From the NCBI GenBank assembly GCA_965205025.1, contig CBDBFU010000020.1:288001-352000 (forward strand): DNA of 64,000 bases. The letters run 5' to 3'. The notes below the pieces were generated by a model that searched no databases, had not been told where the DNA came from, and worked only from the letters and a program-made list of their open reading frames with translations. Of this stretch, positions 40,643 through 52,334 are shown piece by piece. Every line of letters begins with the position of its first letter. Positions within the stretch are counted from its first letter, which is position 1. A program made the translations under genes and the position numbers. Source of the stretch: Candidatus Poribacteria bacterium. Its GTDB lineage: Bacteria > Poribacteria > WGA-4E > WGA-3G.

Positions 40643-43120
40643 ATGAGTCAAGAGTCTGATAGACCTGAAAGCGATTTGACTGTTTTTTTACCAGTAATCG
40701 CATTACCTCCAGAGTTTGAGACATTTTTTCCAAAGACCAAAGCAATCGTTGATCAGAGGTTAAAGGATTGGACACCCTTATCTATTGCCCGGGAAATGAG
40801 TGTTCTTGCTGCAAGAAACGCGCTTGAAACAGATTTACATGTATTGCTTCTACATCAAAAAGCCGACCTTGAGGATGACATAGAACCACAACCGGATGAT
40901 CTGCATTCAATCGGGATTATAGCTAAGATTGTGCAACCCTATGACCCAGAAGATGGGACACTACGTATTGCCATAGAAACTTTAGATAGAGCTATAGTTA
41001 CCAAATGTATTAACGAAGATGGTTATCTAAAAGCAACTGTGCAGATTGTTACGGAACTTACGGGTGTAGTTGATGCTGCCAAGTCATTGATAAAAGAGGC
41101 AAAAAGTTCCTTTCGTAGTTATGCCAAAGCACATCCTAAACGTATACTACCTGATGTTGAAAAGTATGTCAGAGATATTGAAGAGCCTGGTATCCTTGCG
41201 GATAATATTTCCCGTTTTGCTGATTTTCCTGCAGTTAAGAGGCAAGAAATACTTGAAGAATTAAACCCGATAAAACGGTTAAATTTTGTGATTGCACTTC
41301 TTGAAGCAGACCTTGATCTACTTGATTTGAAAGAAGAAATTCATAATGAAGTACATGAGTCAGTGAAAAAAACACATAGAGAGTTCTTCCTGCAGGAACA
41401 AATGAAGGCAATTCAACGTGAACTCGGACGAGATGAAGAGATCGATGAGATTGATGATCTTCGTGAACAAGTAAAAAATGCGGGTATGACTGAGGAAGCC
41501 GAAAAGAAGGCACTTAAGGAAATTGATAGACTTGCTCAAATTCCACCCATGTCTGCTGAATCTGGCGTTATCCGAAACTATGTAGATTGGCTGCTTGCAG
41601 TACCGTGGAAAGACAGAACAGAAAATACCATTGAAATAGATGAAGCAGAGAAAATCCTTGATGAAGATCATTACGGATTGGAGAAGCCAAAATCGAATGT
41701 TTTAGAATACCTTGCAGTCTTGAAATTAGTCGAACAGGTTAAAGGACCTATTCTCTGTTTAGTTGGACCTCCAGGTGTAGGAAAAACTTCATTAGGTAAA
41801 TCTATTGCCCGTGCCACAGGTAGAAAATTTGTTCGTATGTCTCTTGGTGGGGTCCGGGATGAAGCAGAAATTCGTGGTCATAGAAGGACATACATTGGTG
41901 CAATTCCGGGTAGAATTATCCAAGGATTACGTGATGTAAAAACGAAAAACCCACTATTCCTACTTGATGAAATCGATAAGTTAAGTTCGGATTGGCGTGG
42001 TGATCCTTCATCAGCTTTGCTTGAAGTTCTTGACCCAGAACAGAATGAAACATTTCGTGACCACTATTTAGATGTTGAATTCGATCTGTCTGATGTAATG
42101 TTTGTCACGACAGCTAATACACGCCTGACTATCCCTGCAGCACTTGAGGATCGCATGGAGGTAATAGAACTCCCGGGTTATACTGATTTTGAGAAGCATA
42201 AAATAGCAACTTTCCATCCTAATGGTTTAATTCCAAAACAGTTGAGCAGTCATGGTTTAAAAGAAGATAATATTACATTTGCAGATTCTGCAATCTTTGA
42301 TATAATCAACAAATATACTCGTGAAGCGGGAGTACGGAGTCTTGAACGTAGTATTACAACAGTGTGTAGGAAGATTGCAAAACAGATAGTTTCAGACGAT
42401 TCACCTGATCTGAATGTTGATATTACCTCTTTAAATTTAAATGATTACCTTGGACCTGCCAAGTTTACACGAACTAAGGCACAAGAACATGATGAAGTGG
42501 GTGTATCGACTGGTATGGTATATACACAGGTAGGTGGAGATATAGTATCAGTCGAAGCCACCCTGATGCCTGGAGAAGGTAAACTTGATATGACCGGTCA
42601 ACTACAAGAGGTGATGCGTGAATCTGTACAAACAGCGGTTGCCTACCTTCGATCTCGAACGGAACATTTTGACATTTCAAAAGACAGATTTGAGAAATTC
42701 GATATACATATACATGTACCAGAAGGTGCTGTACCTAAGGATGGACCATCTGCAGGAATAACAGTCGCTACAGCTATTCTAAGTGCTATCACCGGAAAGA
42801 AAGTACGAAAAGATATTGCTATGACGGGTGAAATTACACTTCGTGGTCATGTGTTACCAATTGGTGGTTTAAAAGAGAAAGCACTTGCAGCCTATCGTAA
42901 TGGTATAGTTGATATAATTATGCCAGATGAAAACGAAAAAGATCTTGCAGATGTACCATCAGAAATCAGAGATAATATTACATGGCATCAAGTTAGCGAT
43001 ATTACACAGGTAATTGAATTAGCGTTTTTAGATGAATCTGATGAACATGATGGCATTGCACCAACTACGGATGATGTAGTATTACAAAATCCTGATGTAA
43101 TCGGACAGACTGGGAACTAA
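40643..43120 (+). CDS. lon: Lon protease
   Basis: [34 protein letters not shown]. Confidence 0.97.
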   Translation: MSQESDRPESDLTVFLPVIALPPEFETFFPKTKAIVDQRLKDWTPLSIAREMSVLAARNALETDLHVLLLHQKADLEDDIEPQPDDLHSIGIIAKIVQPYDPEDGTLRIAIETLDRAIVTKCINEDGYLKATVQIVTELTGVVDAAKSLIKEAKSSFRSYAKAHPKRILPDVEKYVRDIEEPGILADNISRFADFPAVKRQEILEELNPIKRLNFVIALLEADLDLLDLKEEIHNEVHESVKKTHREFFLQEQMKAIQRELGRDEEIDEIDDLREQVKNAGMTEEAEKKALKEIDRLAQIPPMSAESGVIRNYVDWLLAVPWKDRTENTIEIDEAEKILDEDHYGLEKPKSNVLEYLAVLKLVEQVKGPILCLVGPPGVGKTSLGKSIARATGRKFVRMSLGGVRDEAEIRGHRRTYIGAIPGRIIQGLRDVKTKNPLFLLDEIDKLSSDWRGDPSSALLEVLDPEQNETFRDHYLDVEFDLSDVMFVTTANTRLTIPAALEDRMEVIELPGYTDFEKHKIATFHPNGLIPKQLSSHGLKEDNITFADSAIFDIINKYTREAGVRSLERSITTVCRKIAKQIVSDDSPDLNVDITSLNLNDYLGPAKFTRTKAQEHDEVGVSTGMVYTQVGGDIVSVEATLMPGEGKLDMTGQLQEVMRESVQTAVAYLRSRTEHFDISKDRFEKFDIHIHVPEGAVPKDGPSAGITVATAILSAITGKKVRKDIAMTGEITLRGHVLPIGGLKEKALAAYRNGIVDIIMPDENEKDLADVPSEIRDNITWHQVSDITQVIELAFLDESDEHDGIAPTTDDVVLQNPDVIGQTGN

Positions 43121-43141
43121 AATCTATCTCTCTAATATATT

Positions 43142-43218
43142 GTTGGTCGGGTTGAGGAATGAAACCCGATAGGACACTATAAAAAGTCGGGTTTCGCTAC
43201 CGCTTCTACCCGACCTAC
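43142..43218. repeat. REPIN-like inverted doublet of GTAG-type REPs (possible terminator after lon)
   Basis: gttggtcgggttgag...gaaacccga // tcgggtttc...ctacccgacCTAC. Confidence 0.75.
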
Positions 43219-43301
43219 GAAATAATGTAATATTATCATATAGAAATGGTATTATATGGAATTCACATTATTTTAGGATTATCTCTATCAAGAGAACGAA
43301 G

Positions 43302-43565
43302 ATGCGTGTAGATAAGTTTTTGCAAATTTCAAGACTTGTAAAGAGACGAACTACAGCAAACACATTATGTCATCGTGGGAATATACTTGTAAATAACAAC
43401 CCGACAAAAGCAGGCAAAACGGTCAAAGTTGGGGATCATATTACTATTGTTGAAAATCGACTCCCTCCAGACGATGTAGAATATCTTACTTATGAGGTGT
43501 TGGAAATCCCCTCTGGTAATGTTTCCAGATCACGTGCCTCAACATTGTATCGCCGAGTTGAATAG
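43302..43565 (+). CDS. S4 RNA-binding protein (YabO/RqcP/HslR-like)
   Basis: 'MRVDKFL..SRLVKRRT.A..LC..G.I.VN....K....VKVGD.I'. Confidence 0.9.
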   Translation: MRVDKFLQISRLVKRRTTANTLCHRGNILVNNNPTKAGKTVKVGDHITIVENRLPPDDVEYLTYEVLEIPSGNVSRSRASTLYRRVE

Positions 43566-43610
43566 GGTGAATAACAAATTATATCGTCAGCTTTCCAACC
43601 TACATAACAC

Positions 43611-44720
43611 ATGCTACCACGCATTGGGATAACTATGGGAGATGCTGCAGGCATTGGTCCAGAAGTTATCGTAAAAGCACTTTCAAATAGTCTTACATAC
43701 CAAATCTGCCAACCAGTTGTTATTGGGAGTGCAGCCGTATTTCATGATGTGCATAGATTTCTATCTTCTAAAGGAATCTTAGCTGAACGTGGAAAAACAC
43801 TTCCTAAAATAAATCCAATTCATTCATTGAAACAGTATAGCTCTGATTTTGGTAGGTTTGATATACTTGATATATGTACTTTGAGAACAGATGACTTTTC
43901 CTATGGTATGGTAAGTCCTCACACAGGGAAGGCATCTGTTGAGGTAATTGAAAAAGCCGTGGAACTTACATTAAAGGGAGATTTGGATGGAATTACAACT
44001 GCACCAATCTGTAAGGCTGCAATTCAACAATCAGGTTCAACATTCCCCGGTCATACAGAGATGTTGACAAGTTTAACTCAATCCAAAAGAACCGTGATGA
44101 TGTTAAAAACATGGGATATTACACAACAAGACGGGTATGGTTTGAATGAAGAAATAAAAAAAATGAAGAATTCTTCAAGTATCTCATCTAATAGTATTGA
44201 GAACTTAACAATTACTTTCGTAACCAACCATATACCTGTTTCAGAAATAACGCACAATCTTACTATTGATAGGATTACAGATGTGATACAACTTACTTAC
44301 GACACACTCATTCGAATAGGAATAGAAACTCCTCAAATAGTAGTTGCTGGCTTAAATCCACATTCTGGTGAAGAGAGTATTTTTGGTAAAGAGGAAGAGG
44401 AAATTATAATTCCTGCGATTCAACGAATGCAGACTGAAGGACTCGATGTTGTTGGACCGCTTCCTGCAGATACACTCTTTATGAGAGCAATTCGAGGTGA
44501 ATGGGACGCAGTTGTAGCAATGTATCATGATCAAGGGAATATTCCCATTAAGATGATTGGCTTTGGAAATGTCGTTAATATCACCTTAGGATTACCTATC
44601 GTCAGAACAAGTGTTGATCATGGAACAGCGTTTGATATTGCTGGAAAAGGAGTAGCAAACGAAACCAGCCTAATTTCTGCTTTATCAGCTGCAGCGCACT
44701 TAGCTAAAATAGAAAAATGA
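43611..44720 (+). CDS. pdxA: 4-hydroxythreonine-4-phosphate dehydrogenase family (PdxA/PdxA2)
   Basis: ITMGD.AGIGPE, FPGHTE, GLNPH.GE, GPLPADT, AMYHDQG, RTSVDHGTAFDIAGKG. Confidence 0.93.
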   Translation: MLPRIGITMGDAAGIGPEVIVKALSNSLTYQICQPVVIGSAAVFHDVHRFLSSKGILAERGKTLPKINPIHSLKQYSSDFGRFDILDICTLRTDDFSYGMVSPHTGKASVEVIEKAVELTLKGDLDGITTAPICKAAIQQSGSTFPGHTEMLTSLTQSKRTVMMLKTWDITQQDGYGLNEEIKKMKNSSSISSNSIENLTITFVTNHIPVSEITHNLTIDRITDVIQLTYDTLIRIGIETPQIVVAGLNPHSGEESIFGKEEEEIIIPAIQRMQTEGLDVVGPLPADTLFMRAIRGEWDAVVAMYHDQGNIPIKMIGFGNVVNITLGLPIVRTSVDHGTAFDIAGKGVANETSLISALSAAAHLAKIEK

Positions 44721-47700
44721 AAGAAAAACTAAACCTATCTCTTATTATACTCTGTGTCATTTCATTGGTTATACACACCGAATTTGGTAACAATGGGATG
44801 TGTGCCCCTAATTTTAATACATTACAGGGTCAGAATTCACAGACACAAGTAACGGATTTACTAAAAATAGTAAAGTCAGATCCCAGTTTTCTTATTTTAC
44901 AGTTCCAACTTCCTGAATTGGAAATAAGAGAGGTACAGAAAAATGGTGAATCTTATACACATGTTTGGTTTGATGGTGCAGACTGGACTGTTGAGAATGG
45001 TAAACCGAAATTACCAATATATACTGTGCCTATTGGTCTTCCCTCATCAGGTCAAGCTTCAGCTACTTTGGTAGAAAAGAATAGTACTTTTAAGAAGATT
45101 AAAAATCCTCTTATCATACAACAAGTGATTGACCCATTAATTCCTGACACGCCACAAGACGAATCGTTGACATTAAGAGATGCAAATAGCAATCATCAAA
45201 AGACGACTAACTTATACCCCCATGAATTGGTTGAAGTTATCCCCGTGGGTTTCGTAAGAGCTCAAAAAGTAGGTGCACTGCATATCAATCCGGTTCAATT
45301 CAATAGTCGTACAAACCAATTAAGAATAACCGACGAAATTACTATTCGCATAGATTTCTATGGAACAAGTCCACCTGTTCCAAGAACATTATCTACTCAA
45401 TTAAGTGATAGTATTGTATATGAGAATCTCTACCAATCTATGTTAGTTAATAACAGACAGGCATTCTCATGGCGATTAGGTCACAATCTGAGAATGCGAT
45501 CTTCTCTTGGTGCTGCACCATCTGTTCCTAAAACACAGAGACGACGATTTAAAATGTCGATCACAAGAAGTGATATGTATCGTATCACCTATAACAACCT
45601 TAAATCTGTTGGAGTAGTACCAGAAGATATTGATTTGGACAGTATTTCTGTTGAAACAAATGGGAATCCACAAGGATTCTATATATTTGATAAGAATGAT
45701 AATGGTACAATCGATACTGAAGATATGGTAGTCTTTTATGCTCGTAGTTTAAGCAATAAATTCACCGATACTAATGTCTATTGGTTCAGCTTCCTTCCTA
45801 AAGGAGTAAATGACGATGGAAATAAGACTGATTCTGATAAGTCTTATCGTGTTCCAACCAGAACTGTGGAACCTGAAACCCGTAATGTCACACCACCTAC
45901 TTCGTTTTTATCGAAACGACGTTATGAGAAGGATGTAATACATGATGTGCTAAATGGGGTAAACATAAAATCAGAGTTGGCTGATCATTATTTTTGGACT
46001 GGTTTTAGAGGTAGAAACATACCTGAGAGCAGAAAGAACTTTCCAATTGATTTGATACAAGGAGTACCACGTGAGACTATTGAGCGGAATGCGACCATCC
46101 GGGTTAGACTGCAAGGTGCATCATATAAAGGAGCAGCACTCCATAGGGCAAAGATACAAATCAATGGAAAAGAACTTGGGGATTTTGAAGAATGGAGACG
46201 ACAAGATGCAGTTACAGCCACACGTGATATATCTCAGAAGTTTGTTCACCATAATCATACGAATACACTGAGAATTGATTCATCGGATAAGAACGGCACA
46301 CCTGCTGGTTCTCATGACTTCTATCTGGATTGGTATGAGATTCAATATTGGCGTAATTTCAATGCTGAATTGGATAGGCTTGAATTTAACTCAAGAACAG
46401 AGCCTTTCATTGAAGGTGTAATTCACTTCAGAGTAGGAAACCTTTCCTCAGATAATATAGACCTATATAAACTGAATCAGGATGGTATATCTGAAAAGCT
46501 GATTGATGGAAATGTTTCACGTGCTGGCGGAAAATATAGGATACTTTTCCAGGATGAAGTTACAGGATATACAAGCTATTTTGCGATCTCAAATAATTCG
46601 TATGGTAGTATCGGCAAACTTATTGAAGTTCCCCATAGCACATTGCGCAATCCAACAAACCAATCGGATTATATTATAATTACACATAAGACATTCTTGG
46701 ATAGTATCAAACCCTTAGTTGAATTTAGGAGTAAACAAGGTTTGTCAGTAAAAGTTGTGGATATTGATGAAATCTACGATGAGTTTAGTGCTGGTCTGTT
46801 TTTACCAGTTGCTATTCAGAGATTCTTGAAATACGCCTATGAAACCTGGAAGAAACCTGCTCCTACCTATGTGCTTCTTGTTGGAGATGCACATTATGAT
46901 TACAAAGGTGTCATCGTCCAACGATATCTCAACGACCCAAACTATCATGGGAATTATAATCTATATCCGATTTTTGTACCTACTTATCATGCTTGGGCAC
47001 CAGCAAGTGGTGAAACTGCGATGGACCAAAGGTTTGTTAACATAAGTGGTGACGATGCGCTTCCTGATATGTTAATTGGAAGATTATCTGTTCAAACAAC
47101 GAAAGATCTCGATGGAATGATAAAAAAGATTATAGACTATGAAGATAATCCTAAAATTGGTCCGTGGCAAGCGACAATTGTACAGGTCGCGGATGACAAC
47201 CTTGATAATCCATCTGATGAAATCTTTGAGACCTCCCGTGATCATCTTATCGAAGAGATAATTCCGTTTGCTTATCATACAAAACAGATATATTTACGAA
47301 AAATACGAAGTCCTGAAAAAACTAAATCTTTTATCCTTGATGCAATTGACGAAGGTACGGTCATATTAGAATATGCGGGACATGGCGGAATCCATACCTG
47401 GGCAGATGAGTCAATCCTACATATTAAGGATACTGTTAATTTACGGAATAAGTATCTCCCATTCATAATTACAACCACCTGTCTGAATGGAGAATTTGAT
47501 AAACCGCAACAATTTGGTTCACATTCACTCAGCGAACAATTCCTATTAGGCAAATATGGTGCCATCGGAACGCTTTCAGCTACACGTTTGACATACGCTG
47601 AAGCCAATAGACAGTTTGACCGTGATCTGTTTATATCCATGTTTCAAAGAACACCTCTCAATACAAAAGATGGGGGACAGTTAAAGATACCAGAGAATCC

Positions 47701-50700
47701 TACTCTTGGGAAAATAATAACTGATGCCAAAATCAATTTCATTACCCGTACTCGTAATCCACAATGGATTCTTGGGGCGGAACAGTATACTCTATTCGGT
47801 GATCCAGCCACACGACTTGCACTTCCAAAGCTTGATATTCGTGTAGAATTAGATGATCTTGTCCTAAATGACAGTAAGAAAATCGTCATTAAGAATAATG
47901 ATGTAGGTAGATTTGATACTGAGAATACTTGGTGGAGGATAGAAGACTTTAGTACAGAGAATTTATTTGCAACAGCTATTTTCCACAATCATTTTGACGA
48001 TATCCAAGGTAATGAGATTACCCAACAAACCAAGAACAGAGTATGGAAAGGGGAATATGGAACAATTCGTATAAACATTCCAAAAGCTGCAATTCCTGGA
48101 AGAGGTGTCGTCCAACTACTCGCCTATGATGACACCCGTATGGCAATCGGTGGAGCAGAATATTGGGTAAAAACACCTATTATCTCCAAGATCGTTGAAG
48201 ATGTAGATGCTACAGATACACATACACTTTCTCTCCATGCCCTTATTGTAGATGATGTTCCTGATGGAAAAGGTATAAACAATATCTATGTAGTTTGGGA
48301 TGACACTGTAGAGTATATAGATAGGACAATAGTCATGGTAAGGACTAATCCACCAGCAGGTCATGAAACCCCAATCGGTGGTCAATGGTATAAACTCCAA
48401 ACTAATATTCCCTTGCCACACGGTGGAAAGACGATCCGATACAATATTAGAGTAACTGACAATACTGGTTTAGTTGTTAAGCATCCAGACAATTATACAA
48501 AAAATTCTGTAAATATACCAGAAGGACCAGACATAAGTATCGGCACAGACGGATCAAGTATCCCGCCGATCAGGTATACTTTCGATGATGAAGCAGGAAA
48601 ATATGTACTAATTGCAGAACTTCTAAACACTGGTGGAAGAACAGTTAATTTAGATATAGATTTAGTATTTGCCGAAGGTAATCCTGACAAAGAGAATGAT
48701 ATGATTGTAGATCCAGATGCGAAAATAATTGGTACAGTAACAGTCACCCGAAATGATTGGGAGGATGCTGAAACAGCACTTCAACATGCCGTTGTAAAAC
48801 TGTATTTAGATAAGAATCTTGCGACTGGTTTACATAAAGTTTATGCTTTAGCTGATCCAGAGACGGATTCTGAACCCGTACCAGTCATGACTAATGATGA
48901 TCCTGATCAGGATGAAAATAAAAAGCATTATAAAGGTAACATTGCAGAAAAGAATGATTATGACAATAAGAATTCTGTTTCCTTTATAGTGAATGAGTTC
49001 TTTTATGAACCTAATAAACCTTTATCTGCATTTAGTTTGGATAGAGTTTTTGATCTTGATATACCTGCTTCAGTCGGAAAGTTTGATAGTGATCGTATCG
49101 CTCTATCGGTTTCCTCCAGTGCACCGTATACACTAACGCAACCTGAAATGAAATTCGCACCTATTCCACGAGTTGCGGCACTCCGTCGTGGTTTACTGCG
49201 TACTGGTGAGGATCGTTCACAACAGTATGAAGTTTCATTTCGTGCTTCAGATGTAAAATTGGTTAAACCTATTACCCTGAAATTGCGATTTGATATTAGT
49301 GGTATAGAGGATGTCGTACGGGAAAATACACCTTGGAAAGAAGGAAGTAAGTTCTACAATGAAGCCTTGATTCAAGAAGCAGAAAAACTTGGGATTTATT
49401 CATGGCAGCCAACCTATGAAAAGTGGAAACGACTCCCATCACAAGTCAGTTATGTCTCAGGTACAAATGAACCTGATCCTGAGGATGAAGGTCCGTTGTT
49501 TAAGCTTGACAGTTATATCACTCCTGTCCAAACAGAAAACGCGAATATACAACCTCTTCTGCATGAAAATATAAAAATAAGTTCAGATCTTACACCAGCG
49601 GCAACCTGGGTAATAATGTTCTTGGATTCTAACCAATTCGAAGTATATCGAAAAAATAAACATCTAATTCTTGTTCATAAATTGGAAAAAATTGGCTATC
49701 TTGACATACCATATCGTGAGGAAACTTATGGAATTGAGTTTCTGATTCCAAGAAAGTGGGAGGTGACTCCGGATCTGGATGTGAACTCCACTATCGTTCC
49801 TTTTGAATTTGGTGATATCCTCATTTTTGAAACAGATAATTCGGGAGAAGGTGGTGTAATACTAAAGGAAACTCGTAATAAGAACGTTGGTAATGGCAGT
49901 GCTGTTATATCTCCACGACTCAGTCCAAAAGAAGAATTCGTTGTTGGGGATTGGTTTCTGTTTTTCACTTCACGTGAATATTATGAGATTCGCGACAATA
50001 CGGGTTCACCAATCATCTTACCCAGTGACAAGAAAGCAGAAGGGAGAATAAATGAGACTTTATATCTTAGTCATCTTGGTATGGAAATAAATGTCACATC
50101 CAGTTCTGTTCCTTTTACTTTTGGAGATAAAATAAAATTCAGTAGTGCTCAAGTCGGAACGATTACAGCGGAAACTACAGAACTCAACCCATTTACACTT
50201 ATTAGTAGTGAAGACAATTCTGCACCTAAATTTAATCTTTGGGTTGATGGTCTTGAAGCACAGGTCGGTAGTGTCATTGCACCACGTCCTCTTATCTCAA
50301 TTTTACTTGAAGATGTAAGTGGAATAGATATTGATAGATTAGTTATTCGAAAAGGAGATAATGGGAAACCACTTAAGCCAATTACTGATTATAAAATAAG
50401 AAATCCAAATAACGTTCACACTGTACCAATAGATTATAAACCTATTTTGTTCCCTGGAGAATATTCTTTTGAGATCGAGGCTTACGACTATAACGGAATT
50501 CCGATTGGTGGGGAAGAAGGAAAAGTTGTAACACGGTACACTGTTGTAGATATGCCAGATATTGAACCACCAGCTATAGAAGTCCTTGTAAACGACGAAT
50601 TACTTACAGTTAAGGAAGTGTCACAGGATTCAATTACGAATGGAAACATTGAGGATAACATCCATATAACCCAACAACCCAACTGTAAAATACAAGTAAC

Positions 50701-51244
50701 AGACGATATTGCTCTTGACGATACACTCTTAAGTATCAGTTTTAATAGGGTTACATTGGATGAAACAACACGTCGTTATCGTGAATTTGATAGTGCCACT
50801 TGGGTATTTGATGAGGAAATCCCCGATAAAGCGGACTTCAGTTTTGCACCAGATTTAGAAAATGGTACATACAGACTTCATGTGTCTGCTACTGATACAA
50901 GCGAAAATACAACAGAAATTGAGACGTTCTTCACACTTGATGAGGCAGTTACGTTAAGTGAAGTATTTAATGTACCCAATCCTATAGAGAAAGGAAAAAC
51001 TTTCTTTACCTATCAGTTGGCACAACCCTCTGATGCTGTGACAATCAAAATATATACTGTTAATGGTAGACTGATCCGTACTATTGAAGATGGAAGTGCA
51101 TTACGGGGGGCAAATGAGACATTTTGGGATGTAAGAGATGAGATAGGAATTAAATGTGCTAACGGTGTATACTTATACAGGGTGATTGCACACACTGGTG
51201 ATGAGAAAGTAGAAAAAATAGGAAAACTTGCAATCTTACGTTAG
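44717..51244 (+). CDS. Large secreted C25 (gingipain/PorU-like) cysteine peptidase with propeptide and FlgD/T9SS-like CTD
   Basis: Signal peptide; propeptide 'G.P.LP.....IGLP'; 'DYIIIT', 'IYDEFS.G', 'YVLLVGDA.YD', 'IGRL', catalytic 'YAGHGG' and 'TTCLNG', 'YTLFGDPA'; C-terminal 'NVPNP...IKIYT.NGRLIR...NGVYLYRV...KLAILR'. Confidence 0.85.
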   Translation: MKEKLNLSLIILCVISLVIHTEFGNNGMCAPNFNTLQGQNSQTQVTDLLKIVKSDPSFLILQFQLPELEIREVQKNGESYTHVWFDGADWTVENGKPKLPIYTVPIGLPSSGQASATLVEKNSTFKKIKNPLIIQQVIDPLIPDTPQDESLTLRDANSNHQKTTNLYPHELVEVIPVGFVRAQKVGALHINPVQFNSRTNQLRITDEITIRIDFYGTSPPVPRTLSTQLSDSIVYENLYQSMLVNNRQAFSWRLGHNLRMRSSLGAAPSVPKTQRRRFKMSITRSDMYRITYNNLKSVGVVPEDIDLDSISVETNGNPQGFYIFDKNDNGTIDTEDMVVFYARSLSNKFTDTNVYWFSFLPKGVNDDGNKTDSDKSYRVPTRTVEPETRNVTPPTSFLSKRRYEKDVIHDVLNGVNIKSELADHYFWTGFRGRNIPESRKNFPIDLIQGVPRETIERNATIRVRLQGASYKGAALHRAKIQINGKELGDFEEWRRQDAVTATRDISQKFVHHNHTNTLRIDSSDKNGTPAGSHDFYLDWYEIQYWRNFNAELDRLEFNSRTEPFIEGVIHFRVGNLSSDNIDLYKLNQDGISEKLIDGNVSRAGGKYRILFQDEVTGYTSYFAISNNSYGSIGKLIEVPHSTLRNPTNQSDYIIITHKTFLDSIKPLVEFRSKQGLSVKVVDIDEIYDEFSAGLFLPVAIQRFLKYAYETWKKPAPTYVLLVGDAHYDYKGVIVQRYLNDPNYHGNYNLYPIFVPTYHAWAPASGETAMDQRFVNISGDDALPDMLIGRLSVQTTKDLDGMIKKIIDYEDNPKIGPWQATIVQVADDNLDNPSDEIFETSRDHLIEEIIPFAYHTKQIYLRKIRSPEKTKSFILDAIDEGTVILEYAGHGGIHTWADESILHIKDTVNLRNKYLPFIITTTCLNGEFDKPQQFGSHSLSEQFLLGKYGAIGTLSATRLTYAEANRQFDRDLFISMFQRTPLNTKDGGQLKIPENPTLGKIITDAKINFITRTRNPQWILGAEQYTLFGDPATRLALPKLDIRVELDDLVLNDSKKIVIKNNDVGRFDTENTWWRIEDFSTENLFATAIFHNHFDDIQGNEITQQTKNRVWKGEYGTIRINIPKAAIPGRGVVQLLAYDDTRMAIGGAEYWVKTPIISKIVEDVDATDTHTLSLHALIVDDVPDGKGINNIYVVWDDTVEYIDRTIVMVRTNPPAGHETPIGGQWYKLQTNIPLPHGGKTIRYNIRVTDNTGLVVKHPDNYTKNSVNIPEGPDISIGTDGSSIPPIRYTFDDEAGKYVLIAELLNTGGRTVNLDIDLVFAEGNPDKENDMIVDPDAKIIGTVTVTRNDWEDAETALQHAVVKLYLDKNLATGLHKVYALADPETDSEPVPVMTNDDPDQDENKKHYKGNIAEKNDYDNKNSVSFIVNEFFYEPNKPLSAFSLDRVFDLDIPASVGKFDSDRIALSVSSSAPYTLTQPEMKFAPIPRVAALRRGLLRTGEDRSQQYEVSFRASDVKLVKPITLKLRFDISGIEDVVRENTPWKEGSKFYNEALIQEAEKLGIYSWQPTYEKWKRLPSQVSYVSGTNEPDPEDEGPLFKLDSYITPVQTENANIQPLLHENIKISSDLTPAATWVIMFLDSNQFEVYRKNKHLILVHKLEKIGYLDIPYREETYGIEFLIPRKWEVTPDLDVNSTIVPFEFGDILIFETDNSGEGGVILKETRNKNVGNGSAVISPRLSPKEEFVVGDWFLFFTSREYYEIRDNTGSPIILPSDKKAEGRINETLYLSHLGMEINVTSSSVPFTFGDKIKFSSAQVGTITAETTELNPFTLISSEDNSAPKFNLWVDGLEAQVGSVIAPRPLISILLEDVSGIDIDRLVIRKGDNGKPLKPITDYKIRNPNNVHTVPIDYKPILFPGEYSFEIEAYDYNGIPIGGEEGKVVTRYTVVDMPDIEPPAIEVLVNDELLTVKEVSQDSITNGNIEDNIHITQQPNCKIQVTDDIALDDTLLSISFNRVTLDETTRRYREFDSATWVFDEEIPDKADFSFAPDLENGTYRLHVSATDTSENTTEIETFFTLDEAVTLSEVFNVPNPIEKGKTFFTYQLAQPSDAVTIKIYTVNGRLIRTIEDGSALRGANETFWDVRDEIGIKCANGVYLYRVIAHTGDEKVEKIGKLAILR

Positions 51245-51267
51245 AATAATCATTCTTATTGAATAAC

Positions 51268-51597
51268 TCATTGCATAGGTGAATAATCTGTCGGTTCAAG
51301 GATTTTACTACTTGCCACATTAACTAATGGTCCGCCAACTTCCGTAAGTCGTTTTGCTTTTTGCCACTCCGGATCAGCTATAAAGGCATCCCATGCCCGT
51401 TGATAATGCCCCATATCATCAAAAGCAAGTAGATAAACCAATTCTGTTGTGGTTGCTTCTCCAATAGCAGTTTCCCAGAAACCGATTACCTTCATACCAT
51501 GTTTTTCAAACAGTGGTAGTGTAATATTTGCAAACCTGTCATTCAGATTCTTCATCTTACCCGGGACAACTTGGTACGTTCGTAATTCATAAATCAT
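51268..51597 (-). CDS. NIPSNAP family protein
   Basis: 'MIYELRTY...PGK', 'LVYLLAF', 'W.AF.ADPEW', 'L.PT.YSP'. Confidence 0.9.
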   Translation of the reverse strand: MIYELRTYQVVPGKMKNLNDRFANITLPLFEKHGMKVIGFWETAIGEATTTELVYLLAFDDMGHYQRAWDAFIADPEWQKAKRLTEVGGPLVNVASSKILEPTDYSPMQ

Positions 51598-51633
51598 ATA
51601 GTTCTCCTATCATATATGCGGTTAGAAACCGTA

Positions 51634-52317
51634 CTACAAGATACCGAATTCATCGTATACTTGTCTTAGAGTAGCACCCTCTAATAATGCTTCGCGCGTT
51701 CTGTTTTCACCACTTACCTTCTCTAAGGCAGCTTCAATAACCTGTTTTTCAACTGATTGTGGTATTACAACTATACCATCAGCATCTCCAAAAACAATAT
51801 CGCCAGGATTAACAGTAACCCCACCACATTCAATTGCCACATTATAGGCAACCACTTCACCACGTCCATTGGAATCAACCGGGGAAATGCCAGTTGTGAA
51901 TACGGGAAACCCCATCTCCATAATAGCACGGACATCCCGAATGAAACCTTCAATGATAGCCCCACGTGCCCCACGGGCGCGAGCTGCCGTTGAGAGAAGT
52001 TCACCCCAAAAGCAAATTCGAGTGCTTTCATTCGTTGAACAGATTAGTACATCATTCTGTTTTAGACTATCTACGGCAGCGATTTCTTCTTGATAGGGGT
52101 GTTCTGGTATTTCGAAGGTTTCCAAACACAACACCGGTAATGCTCTACCCACAACCACTGTTGTTGGAAGGAGCGGTCGTATCTTATGACTGAGTGCCTG
52201 ATTGCGAAACCCGTGTGCATCTAAGGCATCTGAAACAACTGCGACATATAACTCTTCTGACATCATGTCAAAGAGTTCTGTATCGTCTTCCCATTCTCTT
52301 TTCTCATCAGTATCCAT
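51634..52317 (-). CDS. RraA family protein (HMG/CHA aldolase-like)
   Basis: 'SDALD', 'WGELL..AA.ARG..GA...G.IRD', 'V.PGD.V.GD.DG.VVIP'; start set at MDTD with AGGA RBS. Confidence 0.9.
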   Translation of the reverse strand: MDTDEKREWEDDTELFDMMSEELYVAVVSDALDAHGFRNQALSHKIRPLLPTTVVVGRALPVLCLETFEIPEHPYQEEIAAVDSLKQNDVLICSTNESTRICFWGELLSTAARARGARGAIIEGFIRDVRAIMEMGFPVFTTGISPVDSNGRGEVVAYNVAIECGGVTVNPGDIVFGDADGIVVIPQSVEKQVIEAALEKVSGENRTREALLEGATLRQVYDEFGIL

Positions 52318-52334
52318 AGTTTTTCCTAAGAGAA

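Noticed and set aside
44105-44205. ~30-aa insertion in PdxA as a possible intein or repeat insertion
   Set aside because: No intein terminal residues and no match to the local repeat families; probably a surface loop
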